Assembly: GCF_020745735.1 (NCBI RefSeq) | Contig: NW_026867487.1 | Span: forward strand, 4,915,239 to 4,979,238 | Source: Hemiscyllium ocellatum | Taxonomy: Eukaryota | Length of the DNA stretch: 64,000 nt | Direction: 5' to 3' | The notes under the pieces: model-generated | Told to the model about the DNA's origin: nothing | The model's database searches: none | The model's input: only the letters and a program-made list of their open reading frames with translations | In this document: positions 47,146-60,074 of the stretch, in pieces | Layout: every line of letters starts with the position of its first letter | How positions within the stretch are numbered: the first letter of the stretch is position 1 | Made by a program: the position numbers and the translations under genes

Positions 47146-47739
47146 GGCGCAATGTCCTTGTGTCTCTCCACTTTGGATGATCAGTTGAAGCCTCGCACAT
47201 AAGTTTACAAGTTGTCTCAGCTGCAAATATGTGACATCTTTCTCAGGATGTGTGATAGAACACTCTCACTCAGAACTGTTTATGTGTCTGGTTGCTTTTC
47301 CAGTCAGACTGACGTTTGATACCTTCTCCTTGCGGCAGAACAGAAACTGTTGCTCTTTCTGCAGTCGGAGGCCGATGACACTCGGGTTTGAGTGAATCGA
47401 GTGATTCTGTGAGATGTGGAGCTTGGTTTGAATTTCCAGTCTGCAATCTTCTTCCAATGCCGCCTAAAAGGAGATGACAAAAGCCCCCAGAACAGAAAAT
47501 CAGAACAGGCAAGTTGCAGTTTCGCTGGAACATGTGATCTAATTCAACCAAAATAAGTCAAAATGACTAGCGAAGCATGAAGAGATACAAAGGAAATCTT
47601 CTTAACAAAGCCAGAATGCTATTCCCAATGTCTGCGAGACACTCTGCATCCAAGCTACCCAGTAACAGTGGAACCAGTCATTTGGAATCTCACATTGTAG
47701 TTCCAAAGTCGAGCACTTGGACCCAGTTGATATCAGACC

Positions 47740-48130
47740 ATCCTAACCCCGCCCACCCCCCTCAACGTCATCACGCCGGGACGTAAGCGCGCTGCCCCGC
47801 CCCCTCCCTTCCCTCCCTCCCCGCGGATCGAAGATGGCGGCTGTTGACTTGAACTTCTTCCCGGGGACACGAATCTGGCTCACGCAGGTCAGTGTTCGCG
47901 GCTTGGGAACATTTAATCAGTGTCTGTATCATACCCGCCCCGTCGTTCCGCCAGCTCGACCGTTGCCTCCGCGCTGCCGCGTCCTCACCGCCTGCAGATG
48001 AGAAAGAAAGCGTCCCTCTTGCCCACAGTCATCTGCCACAACGCATGCGCCAGATGGTGGGCGGGTCTACGCATGCGCACTGTCCTCCCGTGACCTGGCG
48101 AGGGGATGGGTACCACCGCGGGGCATGGTG
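47740..48130 (-). promoter_or_regulatory. CpG-island promoter / first exon of gene D
   Basis: CGCATGCGC twice (~48042, ~48070), GC boxes, AAGATGGCGG at 47831, donor at 47988. Confidence 0.7.
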
Positions 48131-48159
48131 GGTAAATGTACTTGACATTTGAAGATAAG

Positions 48160-49030
48160 ATTCCCTACAGTGTGGAAACAGGCCCTTCGGCCCAACAAGT
48201 CCACACTGACCCTCTGAAAAATAACCCATTTCCCTCTGACTAATGCACCCAACACTACGGGCAGTGTAGCATGGCCAATTCACCTGACCTGCACCTCTTT
48301 GGACTGTGGGAAGTGCAAAACCTGCGTCCACACCACTCCCCTCACTTCTGCCCAAGGCTCCAAGGGATCCTTCCACATCCGTCAGCAATTTACCTGTACT
48401 TCTACAGATGTCATCATCTGCATCCCATTTTACCCGACGTGGTCCCCTCTACTTTAGGGGAGACAGGATGTCTTCTTGCGGATCGTTTCAGCGAACATCT
48501 CTGAGGAACCCACCCCCACCAACCCCACCCCCCTGTGGCTGAACACTTCAACTCCCCCACCCACTCCGTCAAGGACATGCAGGTCCAGGGCCACCTCCAC
48601 TGGCAAACCATTATCACCCGCCGTCTGGAGGAAGAAAGTCTTATTCCCCCCTTGGGATCCTGCAACCACACAGAATAAATGTGGATTTCAACAGCTTCCT
48701 CTTTTCCTCTCCCCCCACATTATCCCAATCCCAAGCCTCCAACTTTGCACTGCCTTCCTGACTGGTCCATCACACCCCCCCTCTGACCTATCATCTTCTC
48801 TCTCACATTCATCCCTCATGGCACCTCTCACTTTTTCAGCTACCTTTCCCCCAACCACACCCTCTCCCTTTTATGTCTGAGACCCCAGCCCATAAGCCTC
48901 CATCCTGATGAAGGGCTTATGCCCAAACGTTGATTCTCCTGCTCCTTGGATGCTGCCTGACCTGCTGTGCTTTCCCAGTAACAAACTCTCGACTCTGATG
49001 TCCAGCAACTGCAGCCCTCGCTTTCTCCCC
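48160..49030. mobile_element. HE1 SINE 3' part (minus, ~48160-48310) fused to a PLE family-1 3' fragment (plus, ~48310-49030)
   Basis: SINE tail sequence; decayed GETGCLLADRFSEHL and a degenerate hammerhead at ~48905. Confidence 0.8.
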
Positions 49031-50059
49031 AGTGAGAAAGAAGGCAATACTGGACCTGGTTCTTGGGAATGAGGAGGGCAAAGTGTTAGCTGAGCATTGA
49101 ATGGTGATAATAATAGTTGCAAAAGTTTTAGGCGAATTATGAAAATGATGTTGAACAATCCAGAATACAAATAATTAACTCAGGAAAGCCAATTTAATCC
49201 TCCTAGTTGAACACTCAATAATATCAGAGCATAATTTTAAATGAAGGGCTTAGAGGGAACTTGAGAGAAAATATTTCACCCAGAGGGTGGCAGGGGTCTG
49301 TAATGCATTACTTGAGACATGGGTTCATGTGGGTACCTTGCAACTTTTACAAAGTACCTGGATGAGCATTTGAAATGTCATCATATTCAAAGCTCTGGAC
49401 CTGGGACTGGAGAGTGGTACGAGTGTAGATTTAGTTTTGCTATGACATTACTGAGCCGATGGATCAAAGGGCCTGTCCTGAATGGTATTTCATTCTCATT
49501 TCAATGGAAGAAGAACAACCCTGTGCCAAAAACAATCAAATCAAATGTCGGCAGGAAAAGAAATGTAGCTGAATAGTTGGTGACCTTTGAAAAAGAAGTA
49601 TTTCAAGCATTAGCAAAAAGTAGGGCAAAGAAACTCCAGAAATTCATAAATGACAAGAGATAAAAATGAAGGCAAGCAAGAAAAAGGTTGTTTGGTATGG
49701 ACACGTGGAGAACATCCAGCTGCGAACCAGACTGAATATAGAAAGTTCAGAGGGGAATGGAGAAGAATGATAGAGAAGTAAAAGAAAAGGGTGGTAGGGT
49801 GAGGGAGCAGGGGGAGTATGAAATGAGACTAGCAGTTAATGTGAAAGGGAATCTCAATCTTCTTTGTGATGTATAAATAGTAAAAGTGTGGCAAATATGT
49901 TTTCACAGAGGAAGTGATGTAAACAGTTGTGTCTCTCAGGGTCAGTCGTGCTACCGTTCCTTTTCTCGATAGAAGAAATTGACCTGAACTTGGCAAACTG
50001 AGCATAAGATCAAAATCTCCGGAAAACTCTGAGGCACGTATAATGAGAGTATAATAGAA

Positions 50060-50850
50060 TAGAATCCCTCAAAATATAAACAGGCCAGTCTCACTCCCTA
50101 TCCAATCCCTGTAACACTGCATTTTCTATGGCTGCTCCATCTAGCCTGCACACTATGGGCAATTTAGCATGACCAGTCCACCGAACCTGGACACCTTTGG
50201 AATGTGGGAGGAAACCGGAGCACCTGGAGGAAATCTACATAGACCCGAAGAGAATGTGCAGATTCCACACAGACAGCAGCCTGAGGATGGAATTGAACCC
50301 TGGTCCCTGGTGCTGTGAGGCAGCAGTGCTAACCACCGAGCCACCCCCAAATAGGATAGTTGTCAGCCTCACAGCACCAGGGCGGCACGATGGCTCAGTG
50401 GTTAGCACTGCTGCCTCACAGCACCAGGGTCCTGGGTTTGATTCCCGTCTGTCTATGTGGAGTTTGCACATTCTCCCTGTGTCTGCGTGGGGTTCCTCCG
50501 GGTGCTCCGGTTTCCTCCCACAATCCAAAGATGTGCAGGTCAGGTGAATTGAGTAAAAAGTGAGGTCTGCAGATGCTGGAGATCAGAGCTGAGAATGTGT
50601 TGCTGGTTAAAACGCAGCAGGTCAGGCAACATTCAAGGAACAGGAAATTCGACGTTTCGGGCATAAGCCCTTCATCAGGAATCAGCCCAGGTCAGGTGAA
50701 TTGGCCATGCTAAATTGCCCGTAGTGTCAGGCGTATTAGTCGAAGGGAAATGGGTCTGGGTGGGTTACTCTTCGGGTGGGGGGGGCCGCGCGGTGTGGAG
50801 TTGTTGGGCCAAAGGGCCTGTTTCCACACTGTAGAGAATCTAATCTAATC
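50060..50850. mobile_element. Head-to-head HE1 SINE pair; plus copy split by a 136-bp PLE hammerhead unit (50552-50687, 16-bp TSD)
   Basis: CAGGTCAGGTGAATTG at 50536-50551 and 50688-50703. Confidence 0.88.
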
Positions 50851-51464
50851 TCAGAAGAAAACACATTTTTATCATATCACTCACAAACATAGCAAAGCAC
50901 TTCACTGGACAGTCTGGGGGAGGGATTGTATTACAGGAACAAAACTCCACTCTGCAACTTATCTTTATCTAACTAATACAATATATTCTAAACTTTTGAC
51001 ACATTTGTCAAATCTACCCTCAACCTCAGTATCTCCAATCGAACGTTGCAATTAAAATTTCTCTTCCTTCTGATCGAGTTGTGAATTTACATTCAGCTCT
51101 GATTTTGGAAAATCCTTTCACAGGGCAAATTCCAACCTAGAGAAATGTCAGTCACTGAATTTTAATTTAGACAGACACTGATGGTTTTTGTAATCTCGTT
51201 TTACAGAGACATGAAGACTTTTGACAATCGGGCTTTTTCTCTTCACGCAATTCTTGTACTGTTTTTTCCAGCTACAACATCCAACAGGAGAATTAAAATT
51301 TGAAAACAAAGAAAGTGAGTATTGTTGAACATCCATCTACAATTTACAGCTTTTTGTGCTATGCTGTTGTTTCATCTCTCTGGGTCTGCTGTGAGACTTT
51401 TAGAGTGGTTCTGAATCCGTGTCCATTGCTTTGTTTCACCCCCATTGATCCAACTTGCTCTTAG

Positions 51465-54400
51465 TAGAACATAGAATGGTGCAGCACAGTACAGGCCCTT
51501 CGGCCCTCGATCTTGTGCTGATCTTTTATCCTACTCTAAGATCAGACTAACTGGCATACCTTTCATTGTACTATCCTCCATATGCCTATCCAAGAGTCAC
51601 TTAAATGTCACTAATGTGTCTGACTCTACTAGCACTGCTGGCAGTGCATTCCATGCACCCACCACTCTCTGTGTAAAGAACCTACCTCTGCCATCTCCAC
51701 TAAACCTTCCTCCAGTCCCCTTAAAATTATGCCCCCTCATGATAGACATTTCCACCGTGGGAAAACGTCAATGGCAATTCACTCTATCTATGCCTCTCAT
51801 CATCTTGTACACCTCTGTCAAGTGACCTCTCATCCTTCTTCGCTCCAGTGATAAAAGCCCAAGATCCCTCAATCTTTCTTCATAAGCCACACCCTCCAGT
51901 CCAGGAAACATCCTGGTAAATCTCTTCTGCACCCCCTCTAAAACTGCCACGTCTTTCCTATAATGAAGCAACCAGAACTTGACACAATATTCCAAGTGTT
52001 GTCTAACCAGGGCTCTATAGAGCTGCAGCATAACCTCCTGGCTCTTAAACTCAATCTCCCTGCTAATGAAAGCTAACACACCACACACCTTCTTAAACAA
52101 ACCTATCATGTTGATGGCAACTTTGAGGGATCTATGGACACAGACTCAAGATCCCTTTGTTCCTCCACACTGCCAATAATTCTGCTTTTAACCTGTATTC
52201 TGCATTCAAATTCGACCTTCCAAAGTGAATCACTTCACACTTTTCCAGGTTGAACTCTATCTGCCACTTATTAGTCCAGTTTTGCATCCTGTCAGTCTAC
52301 TATTGCAACCTACAACTGCCCTGCAACTCCACCAACCTTTGTGTCACTGGCAAACTTACTAACCCACCCTTCCACTGCCTCATCCAAGTCATTTAGTAAA
52401 GCACAAAGAGCAGAGCTCCCAGAACCAATCCCTGCAGAACACCACTGATCACCATCTCCAGGCTGAATACTTTGCATCTACCACCACTCTCTGTCTTCTA
52501 TGGGCAAGCCAATTCTATATCCGGACAGCCAGCCCTCCCTGCATCCCATGCCTCCTTACTTTCTGAATGAGCCAACTATGGTGAACCTTGTTAAATGCAT
52601 GCTAAAATCCATGTACACCATATTCACTGCTCTACCTTCATCACTGTGTTTTGTCACATCCTCAAAGAATTCAATAAGGTTTAGTGAGGGATGACCTGAT
52701 GTTGACTCTGTCTAATCAAACTATGGTTTTCCAAGTAATCATAAATCCTGTCTCTCAGAATCCTCTCCAATATTTTGCCCACTACAGACATAAGACTGAG
52801 TGATCTGTAATTCCCAGGATTATTCCTATTCCCTTTCTTGGACAAGAGATTAACATTTGCCAGCCTGCAATTATCTGGCATTACTCCAGTGGACAGTGAG
52901 TACACAAAGATCATCATCAAAGATGCAGCAATCTCTTCCATCACTTCCTGTATTAATCTAGAGTATTCACAAAGGAATTCATAAAATCAGGAGGTATGGG
53001 ATACAGGGAGACTTGGCTATCTGGATTCAGAATTGGCTGGCTGATAGAAGGTAGGGAGTGGTTGTAGATGGAAAGTATTCTGCCTGGAGGACAGTGTTGA
53101 ATGAGGTCCTGCAGGGCTCTGTTCTTGGGCCTTTGTTCTTTGTAGTTTTTATAAATGACTTGGATGAGAAGGTTGAGGGGTGGGTTAGTAAATTTGCAGA
53201 TGACACAACGGTTGGAGGTGTCGTCAATAGTATAGAGGGCTACTGCAGGCTGCAGCGCGACACAGACAGCATGCAGAGCTGGGCTGAGAAATGGCAGATG
53301 GAGTTCAACCTGAATAAATGCAAAGTGATGCATTTTGGAAGGTTGAACTCGAATGCTGAATATCGGATTAAAGACAGGATTCTTGGCAGTGTGGAGGAAC
53401 AAATGGATCTGGGTGTGCAGGTACATAGATCCTTCAAAGTTGCCACCCAAGTGGATAGGGTTGTTAAGAAAGCATATGGTGTTTCGGCTTTCATTTACAG
53501 GGGGATCGAGTTTAAGAGCCGCGAGGTTTTGCTGCAGCTCTACATGTCCCTGGTGAGATCACACTTGGAATATTGTGTCCAGTTCTGGTTGCCCTACTAT
53601 AGGAAAGGTACAGAGGCTTTGGAGAGGGTGCAAAGAAGGTTTACCAGGATGCTGCTTGGACTGGAGGGCTTGCCTTATGAAGAAAGGTTGAATAAGCTTG
53701 GACTTTTCTCTTTGGAGAGAAGGAGGAAGAGAGGAGATCTGATCAAGATGTACAAAATAATGAGAGGAATAGATAGTCAATAGCCAGAGACTTTTCCCCA
53801 GGGCAGATTGACTGGTGCGAGAAGTAATAGTTTTAAGATATTAGGAGGAAGGAATAATGGAGGCGTCAGGTGGAATGTGTTGCCAGCTGTGGTGATGGAA
53901 GCAGAGTCATTGGGGACATTTAAGCGACTGCTGGACACGCACATGGATAGCAGTGAGTTGAGGGGTGCGTAGGTTAAGTTACTATATTTTACACTAGGAT
54001 TAAATCTCAGCACAACATCATGGGCCAAAGGGTCTGTTCTGTGCTGTACTTTTCTGTGTTCTATATCCCGTATGGCCAAGTGGATTTATCTGTCCTTATA
54101 TCTTTTGAAATTTTCAACGTATCTTCCTTCTTAATACCAACCTGTTCTAGCATATCACTCTGTTTCACGCTGTCCTCAGAAATGCCAAGGTCCCTCTCAG
54201 TAGTGAATGCTGAAGCAAAGTATTCATTCAGGACGTCCCCGACATCCTCTGACTCCAGGCACAAGTTCTGTCCAGTACCCCTGATCAGCCCTACCCTCAC
54301 TGTGGCCATCCTCTTGTTCCTCACATGAATGTAGAGTGCCTTAGAGCTTTCCTTAATCCTGCGCGGTAAAGCTTTTTCAGACCCTCTTCTAGCTCTCAAG

Positions 54401-55285
54401 TCCATTGTTCAGTTCTTTCCTGGCTATCTCATAACCCGCTAAAGCCCGTCTGATTCGTGTCTCTTCAACCTTAATTAAGCCTCCTTCTACCTCTTGACTT
54501 AATCCACATCCCTTGTCACCCAATATTCTTTCAAACTACCATCCCTCCATGCCTCAGTGGGACAAAACTGTGCTATCACCAAATGCTTCCTGAACAACCT
54601 CACATTTCCCTCAGAACATCTGTTCCCAATTTCGACGCCCCAGTTCCTGTCTAATAGCATTGTAATTCCCCCTCCTCCAATTAAATACTGTCCCGTATCA
54701 TCCGCTCCCGTCCCTCTCCATGAATATAGTGAAGGTCATGGGGTCATGATCACTATTACTGAAGTGCTTTCCCACCGAGAGATCTGACACCTGGCGTGGC
54801 TCGTTGCCAAGTGCCAAATCCAATATGGCCTCCCCTCTCATCGGTCCATCTACATATTGAGTCAGGGACCCTTCCTGGACATCCCTGACAAAAACTGCTC
54901 CATCCAAACTATTTGATCTAATAAGGTTACAACCAATATTAGGGAAGTTAAAGTCACCCATGACAACAACTCTGTTACTTCTGCACCTTTCCAAAATCTG
55001 CCTCCCAATCTGTTCCTCCGCATCTCTGTTGCTATTGGGAGATCTGTAGAAAACTCCCAATAAAGTGACTGCTCCTTTCCTGTTTCTGACTTCCCACCCA
55101 TACTGACTCTGCAGACAAACCCTCCGCGAAGCCCTCCCTTTCTGCAGCTGTGAAACTATCCCTGATGAGCAATGCCACTCCCACACCTCTTTCACCTCCC
55201 CCTCCCTATTCCTTTTGAAACATCTAAATCCTGGAACATCCAGCAACCATTCCTGCCCCTGTGATGTCCATAGCAACAAAGACAT
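51465..55285 (-). mobile_element. Near-complete decayed CR1-type ORF2 (APE endonuclease to 3' tail), split by a younger opposite-strand CR1
   Basis: GDFNFPNI, ILDLALGN, SDHD, KSTWPYGI|YSRLIQEVMEEIA (contiguous once 52966-54063 is removed), PGNYRSLSL. Confidence 0.85.
52966..54063 (+). mobile_element. 5'-truncated CR1-type LINE nested in the older copy
   Basis: 241-aa frame with QGSVLGP, KFADD and ERVQRRFTRM, followed by a 3' tail. Confidence 0.9.
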
Positions 55286-57676
55286 AGAGGAGCAGATTGG
55301 GAGGTAGATTTAGGAAAGTTGCAGAAGTAACAGGTTTGTTATTGTGGTTGACTTTAACTTCCTTTAATAGTGGTGCATTTTAAATCTGTTTGGTATTTTC
55401 ATATAATCTTTACCAATTATGTCTATATGAGGCTTCCATTGCTTCTCGTCTGCAGACCACGTGCTGCTGATTCACCAGCTTTATCTTCCCATGGTCAACA
55501 ATTTTATTTCCTGAATGTGTGATCATTTCTCTTCAACTTCTGAGCTAATATGAACGATCATATTCTGTACTATTTTTGTTCACCATATTTGTTCTACACT
55601 TTCTCAAATGTTAACTCTGTGTTGCCTTCACTACAAATACTGTCTGACCTGCTGAGTTTTTCAGCCTGTTGTTTGTTTTATCTCAGCTGTCTAATATCTG
55701 CGGTATTTCTCTCGTTTTATTCCAGCATTTGTTCAGAGAATCGAGTCCAGAAACATCGATAGACTAATTAAGAGCTGGTTTCTAGTATGACAGTATTGGT
55801 TCTGGAGGTTTACTTACTGTCTCTCCTTTCTCACGGAACCACGGAATGATCACCGAACAGAAGGAGGCCATTTTATACATCGTAAGAGCAACTCAGTGAG
55901 TTTCACTTCCCTTCGTTTTATTGTTTCCACTGGATCGGGTTCTTGGGAATGAGAAGTGCCAACTGCTCTTTGAGTATTTAAGGGATGGTAATCATTGTGT
56001 CAAAAAGGTTCGGATGACGATTATGAAAATGTTACTGAACAATCCAGAGTACAAATAGTTAACATAGGAAAGCCAACTTTGTCCTCTTTGTCGAAGGATC
56101 AATAGTAACAGGGTGTAATTTCAATGTGAAGGCTTTGAGGGGATTTCCGGGGAAAGCACTTCACCCAGAGGATGGTGCGGGTCTCTAATGCACTTCAAGT
56201 GCTCATCCACTTCTCTTGTGAAGGCATTTGTTGAATTAGTTTGAGGTGGAATGAAGATGGAGACATTGCTCAGTTTAGCCCTCAGGCCATTGGAAACCAG
56301 TCAGGTCCAGGAAATTCTGATCTCTAATTGTCAAAGGATGGTAGGGGAGATCAAGTTGTAAAATGGGAACTTTGCATTCAATCTAATCAGATGCTATGTT
56401 AGGAAGAAACCTGTCTGAAGATGCTTTTAATCTATTTTTATATGCATAGTCATTTATAAAACTGTACAGATACTTTTAAAAAGAGTTCTTGGGATTTGAG
56501 CAACACTATCAAGATCAGCAGATTATATTGTCACCCCTAATTACTTGTGGGAGAGTTGGTGCATGACCTTAAATGCTGCAGTCCATGTGGTAATGAGAAG
56601 ACATTTTGATTAAATGATCTCTTTCAGGGAGTATTTTGAAGATCAGTGCGACTTGGAGAAGTTTGAGGAGGAATTTCCAGAGTCTGGGCCCTTGGAAGCT
56701 GAATGAATGGCTCAGTGGTGTAGAATAATGTAAAATCGAGAAAATTCAGGAACTTCGAATTCGACAAACACAGATATTTCTGAGTGTTATGCAGCCAGAA
56801 GAGTCAGGGACAACGGCAGCAGGGAAGAGATTTTAAAAACAATGCTGAGATTTTTTAAAAAAGGTTTTGGTGCTTTGCAGGCAGAGAGCAGGGTGGTGAT
56901 GGGTGAAAGAGGGTTGGTGTGAGTAAGGAGATGAACAACAGACTGAGGATAACCTTGAGATTACAGGGAAGATGGATGTGGTAGGCCGGTCCAGATTGTG
57001 TTCGAATGTTTAAGGCTATGAGCAACAAAGGACTGGATGACAGTTTCAGAGCCGTCGAGACCAGGGTGGAGTTAGGTGATGTCATTGAGTTGGAAATAGC
57101 TAATATTGGTGATGAAGGTTTGAGGTCACTCTCCTGGCCTGTCTATCTTCACCCCCACGCTATCGTATTGCCATCGTTCTCACTCTTGTCCCTCACTCTC
57201 ACTCTTACTGTTGCCCCATGACGCTACCTCCCTCACTCCCAATTTTCCTACCTTATCAGCTCTCCCCGACCCTCAAGCTGCCCTGCTTCGTGGCCTCTGT
57301 TATCCCTCACTCTCCCTCTGTGTTCTCTGTTCTCCCATGTGGTCAAAGATTTGTTATCCAGACTGCACGGCAGGTTCCAGTCCCTGGAGGAAATGAGTGA
57401 CCCTGTTGGGCTTGATGAAAATCTGGCAGTTTACAATGTTACTTGTTACCTCATGAACACCTCATAAATTACCAGATTTATTCAGCTCAGTTTCTCAACT
57501 GCCCTTTGTGGTTTTGTGTTCTTTTTGTTGCAATTCAATTGTTTCTGTTTTCATTCAAATTTCACAAGACTAATCAAAGGGAGGATTCACAGTCAGAAAA
57601 TTCAAGCCAAATATCCTTTCACGATCTGACGGAACCATCCAATTTATTATCACCCAAATATCATCAGATTTTGAGT

Positions 57677-59110
57677 ATGGAAGGAGAAAGCACCGTTCAC
57701 CCAGGGGAGAAACTGTACACGTGTTGTGTGTGTGGACAAGACTTCAGTCAACCATCTGACTTCACAAACCACAAATGCAGTCACACTGGGAAGAAACCAT
57801 GGAAGTGTGGGGATTGTGATAAAGGGTTCAGGTCCCCGTCGGAACTGGAAATTCACCAATACAGTCACACGGGGAAGAGGCCATTCACCTGCTCCAAGTG
57901 TGGGAAGGGATTCACGCAGTCATCAACCCTGATGTCTCACCATCGTGTTCACACTGAGGAGAGACCTTTTAAATGTCCAGACTGTGGCAAGTGCTTTAAA
58001 AGTTCAAGCAATCTGGTGTCCCATCAACGTGTTCACACTGACGAGAGACCTTTTAAATGCCCAGACTGCGAGAAGTGTTACAAAAGTTCCAGGGAACTGC
58101 TGTCCCATCAACATACTCACACTGACGAGAGACCGTTTAAATGCCCAGACTGTGGGAAGAGCTATAAAAGCTTTGGGGAACAGATGCTCCATCAGCGTGT
58201 TCACACTGGAGAGAGACCTTTCAAATGTCCAGACTGTGGGAAGGGATATAGAAGTTCCAGCAATCTAATGTCCCATCGACGTGTTCACACTGACGAGAGA
58301 CCTTTCAAATGCCCAGACTGTGGGAAGGGATATAAAGGTTCCAGTGAGCTGATATCCCATCGGCATGTTCACTCTGATGAGAGACCTTTTAAATGCACAA
58401 ACTGTGGGAAGTGCTTTAAAAGTTCTGGGGCACTCATGAACCATCAACGTGTTCACACTGACAACAGACCTTTTAAATGTCCAGAATGTGGAAACTGCTT
58501 TAAACGTTCAGGGGAACTAGTACGCCATCAACGTATTCACACTGAGGAGAGACCTTTTAAGTGCCCAGACTGTGGAAAGTGCTATAAAAGTTCAGGGGAA
58601 CTAATGTCTCACCAACGAGTTCACACTGATGAGAGACCTTTCAAATGTTCAAACTGTGGGAAATGTTATAAAAGTTCAGGGGATCTGATGTCCCACCAAC
58701 GTGTTCACACTGACGAGAAACCTTTTAAATGCTCAGCCTGTGGAAAGTGCTTTAAAAGTTCCAGTAAACTGATTTCACATCAACGCATTCACACTGACGA
58801 GAAACCTTTCGGATGTTCCCAATGTGAGAGTAGGTTCAGGTCATCATCCGAGCTCACTGTCCACCAGCGAACCCACACAGGGGAGAGACCGTTCTCCTGC
58901 ACAGAGTGTGGGAGGAGGTTCACCCAGTCATTCAACCTGCTGACACACCAGCGAGTTCACACTGGGGAAAGGCCTTTCAGCTGCTCCAAGTGTGGGAAGA
59001 GATTCACTCAGTCATCCATTTTATTGAGACACCAGCGCGTTCACAGTGAAGAGAGCAGACCTTTTAAGTACAAGACTGTGGGAAGTGCGATAAAAGTTCT
59101 GAAGCACTAA
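57677..59110 (+). CDS. C2H2 zinc-finger protein E (paralogue of C), 16 fingers
   Basis: First ATG at 57677 (MEGESTVH). A frameshift after finger 16 leaves decayed fingers to ~59300. AATAAA at 59418. Confidence 0.88.
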   Translation: MEGESTVHPGEKLYTCCVCGQDFSQPSDFTNHKCSHTGKKPWKCGDCDKGFRSPSELEIHQYSHTGKRPFTCSKCGKGFTQSSTLMSHHRVHTEERPFKCPDCGKCFKSSSNLVSHQRVHTDERPFKCPDCEKCYKSSRELLSHQHTHTDERPFKCPDCGKSYKSFGEQMLHQRVHTGERPFKCPDCGKGYRSSSNLMSHRRVHTDERPFKCPDCGKGYKGSSELISHRHVHSDERPFKCTNCGKCFKSSGALMNHQRVHTDNRPFKCPECGNCFKRSGELVRHQRIHTEERPFKCPDCGKCYKSSGELMSHQRVHTDERPFKCSNCGKCYKSSGDLMSHQRVHTDEKPFKCSACGKCFKSSSKLISHQRIHTDEKPFGCSQCESRFRSSSELTVHQRTHTGERPFSCTECGRRFTQSFNLLTHQRVHTGERPFSCSKCGKRFTQSSILLRHQRVHSEESRPFKYKTVGSAIKVLKH

Positions 59111-59582
59111 TATCCCAGCAAAGTGTTCACATTGCCAAGAGACCATTCAAGTGCTCTCATTGTGCGACTGAGTTTGGGAAATCATCTTAACTCATACACC
59201 AGCTTATTCATGCCCTGGAGAAACCTGTTCACTTGCTGTGAGTGTGAGAAGGTATGCAGTCAAATCTTTTTTCACCTGCTGAGGCACCAGTGAGTTCAGC
59301 AGCGACCTTGGGATTGGACTTTGCTGTTAATCACATCCAGGGCTGAACCATGTTTATTGATCACTTTTTCTGCTGATGTCAGTACATTCCACTTCAATTT
59401 TTGCTGTCAGAATTCTGAATAAAAATCACATTAATCAGCTTTTCATTGAACAGTTCTGAGGCTTTTCAATATCTATAACACCAGGACAGTTCACACTTGA
59501 AAGAAATTTTTAAACGTCTGTGTCTCTTACAAAGGCTTCAGAGTAAATAGGATTTAGCGGATTTTGAAGGGATTTGTATCTC

Positions 59583-60057
59583 AGGTTAAGGTTCTGGATG
59601 TAAGTTTGCTCGCTGAGCTGGAAGGATAGATGCAGGACTGATGTCAGAGGTAGTTTCTTGACTCAGTAGTAGAGGTGTGGAATGCACTGCCTGCAACAGT
59701 AGTAGACATGCCAACTTTAAGGGCATTTAAATGGTCATTAGATAGACATATGGATGAAAATGGAATAGTGTAGGATAGATAGGCTTCAGATTGGTTTCAC
59801 AGGTCGGCGCAACATTGAGGGCCGAAGGGCCTGTACTGTGCTGTAATGTTCTATGTTCTATACTGGGTAACATCATCAGTGAGCCTCCGGTGAAGCACTA
59901 GTGGTATGGCCTCTTTTTTTTTACTTGTGTTTGGGTTTTCTTGACCTAAGGAAACCTCATGAAACCTGAACACACACAAAGCGGGCTGATGTTAGCTAGT
60001 ACGGTGACGAAATGTCTGAAAACAAACCTTCCAGCTCAGTGAGCAAACAAACATCCT
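59583..60057. mobile_element. Inverted PLE family-2 termini, with a CR1 3' end (~59627-59861) inside the left arm
   Basis: GTTTGCTCGCTGAGCTGGAAGG vs CCTTCCAGCTCAGTGAGCAAAC. Hammerhead-like CTGATG...GTGACGAAATGTC at ~59985. Confidence 0.7.
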
Positions 60058-60074
60058 GTAAATAAGATCCGTTA

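Noticed and set aside
57443-57676. Hydrophobic N-terminal extension (apparent membrane segment) on ZNF E
   Set aside because: Starts at a non-ATG codon and translates the intronic polypyrimidine tract, which is homologous to gene C's intron.
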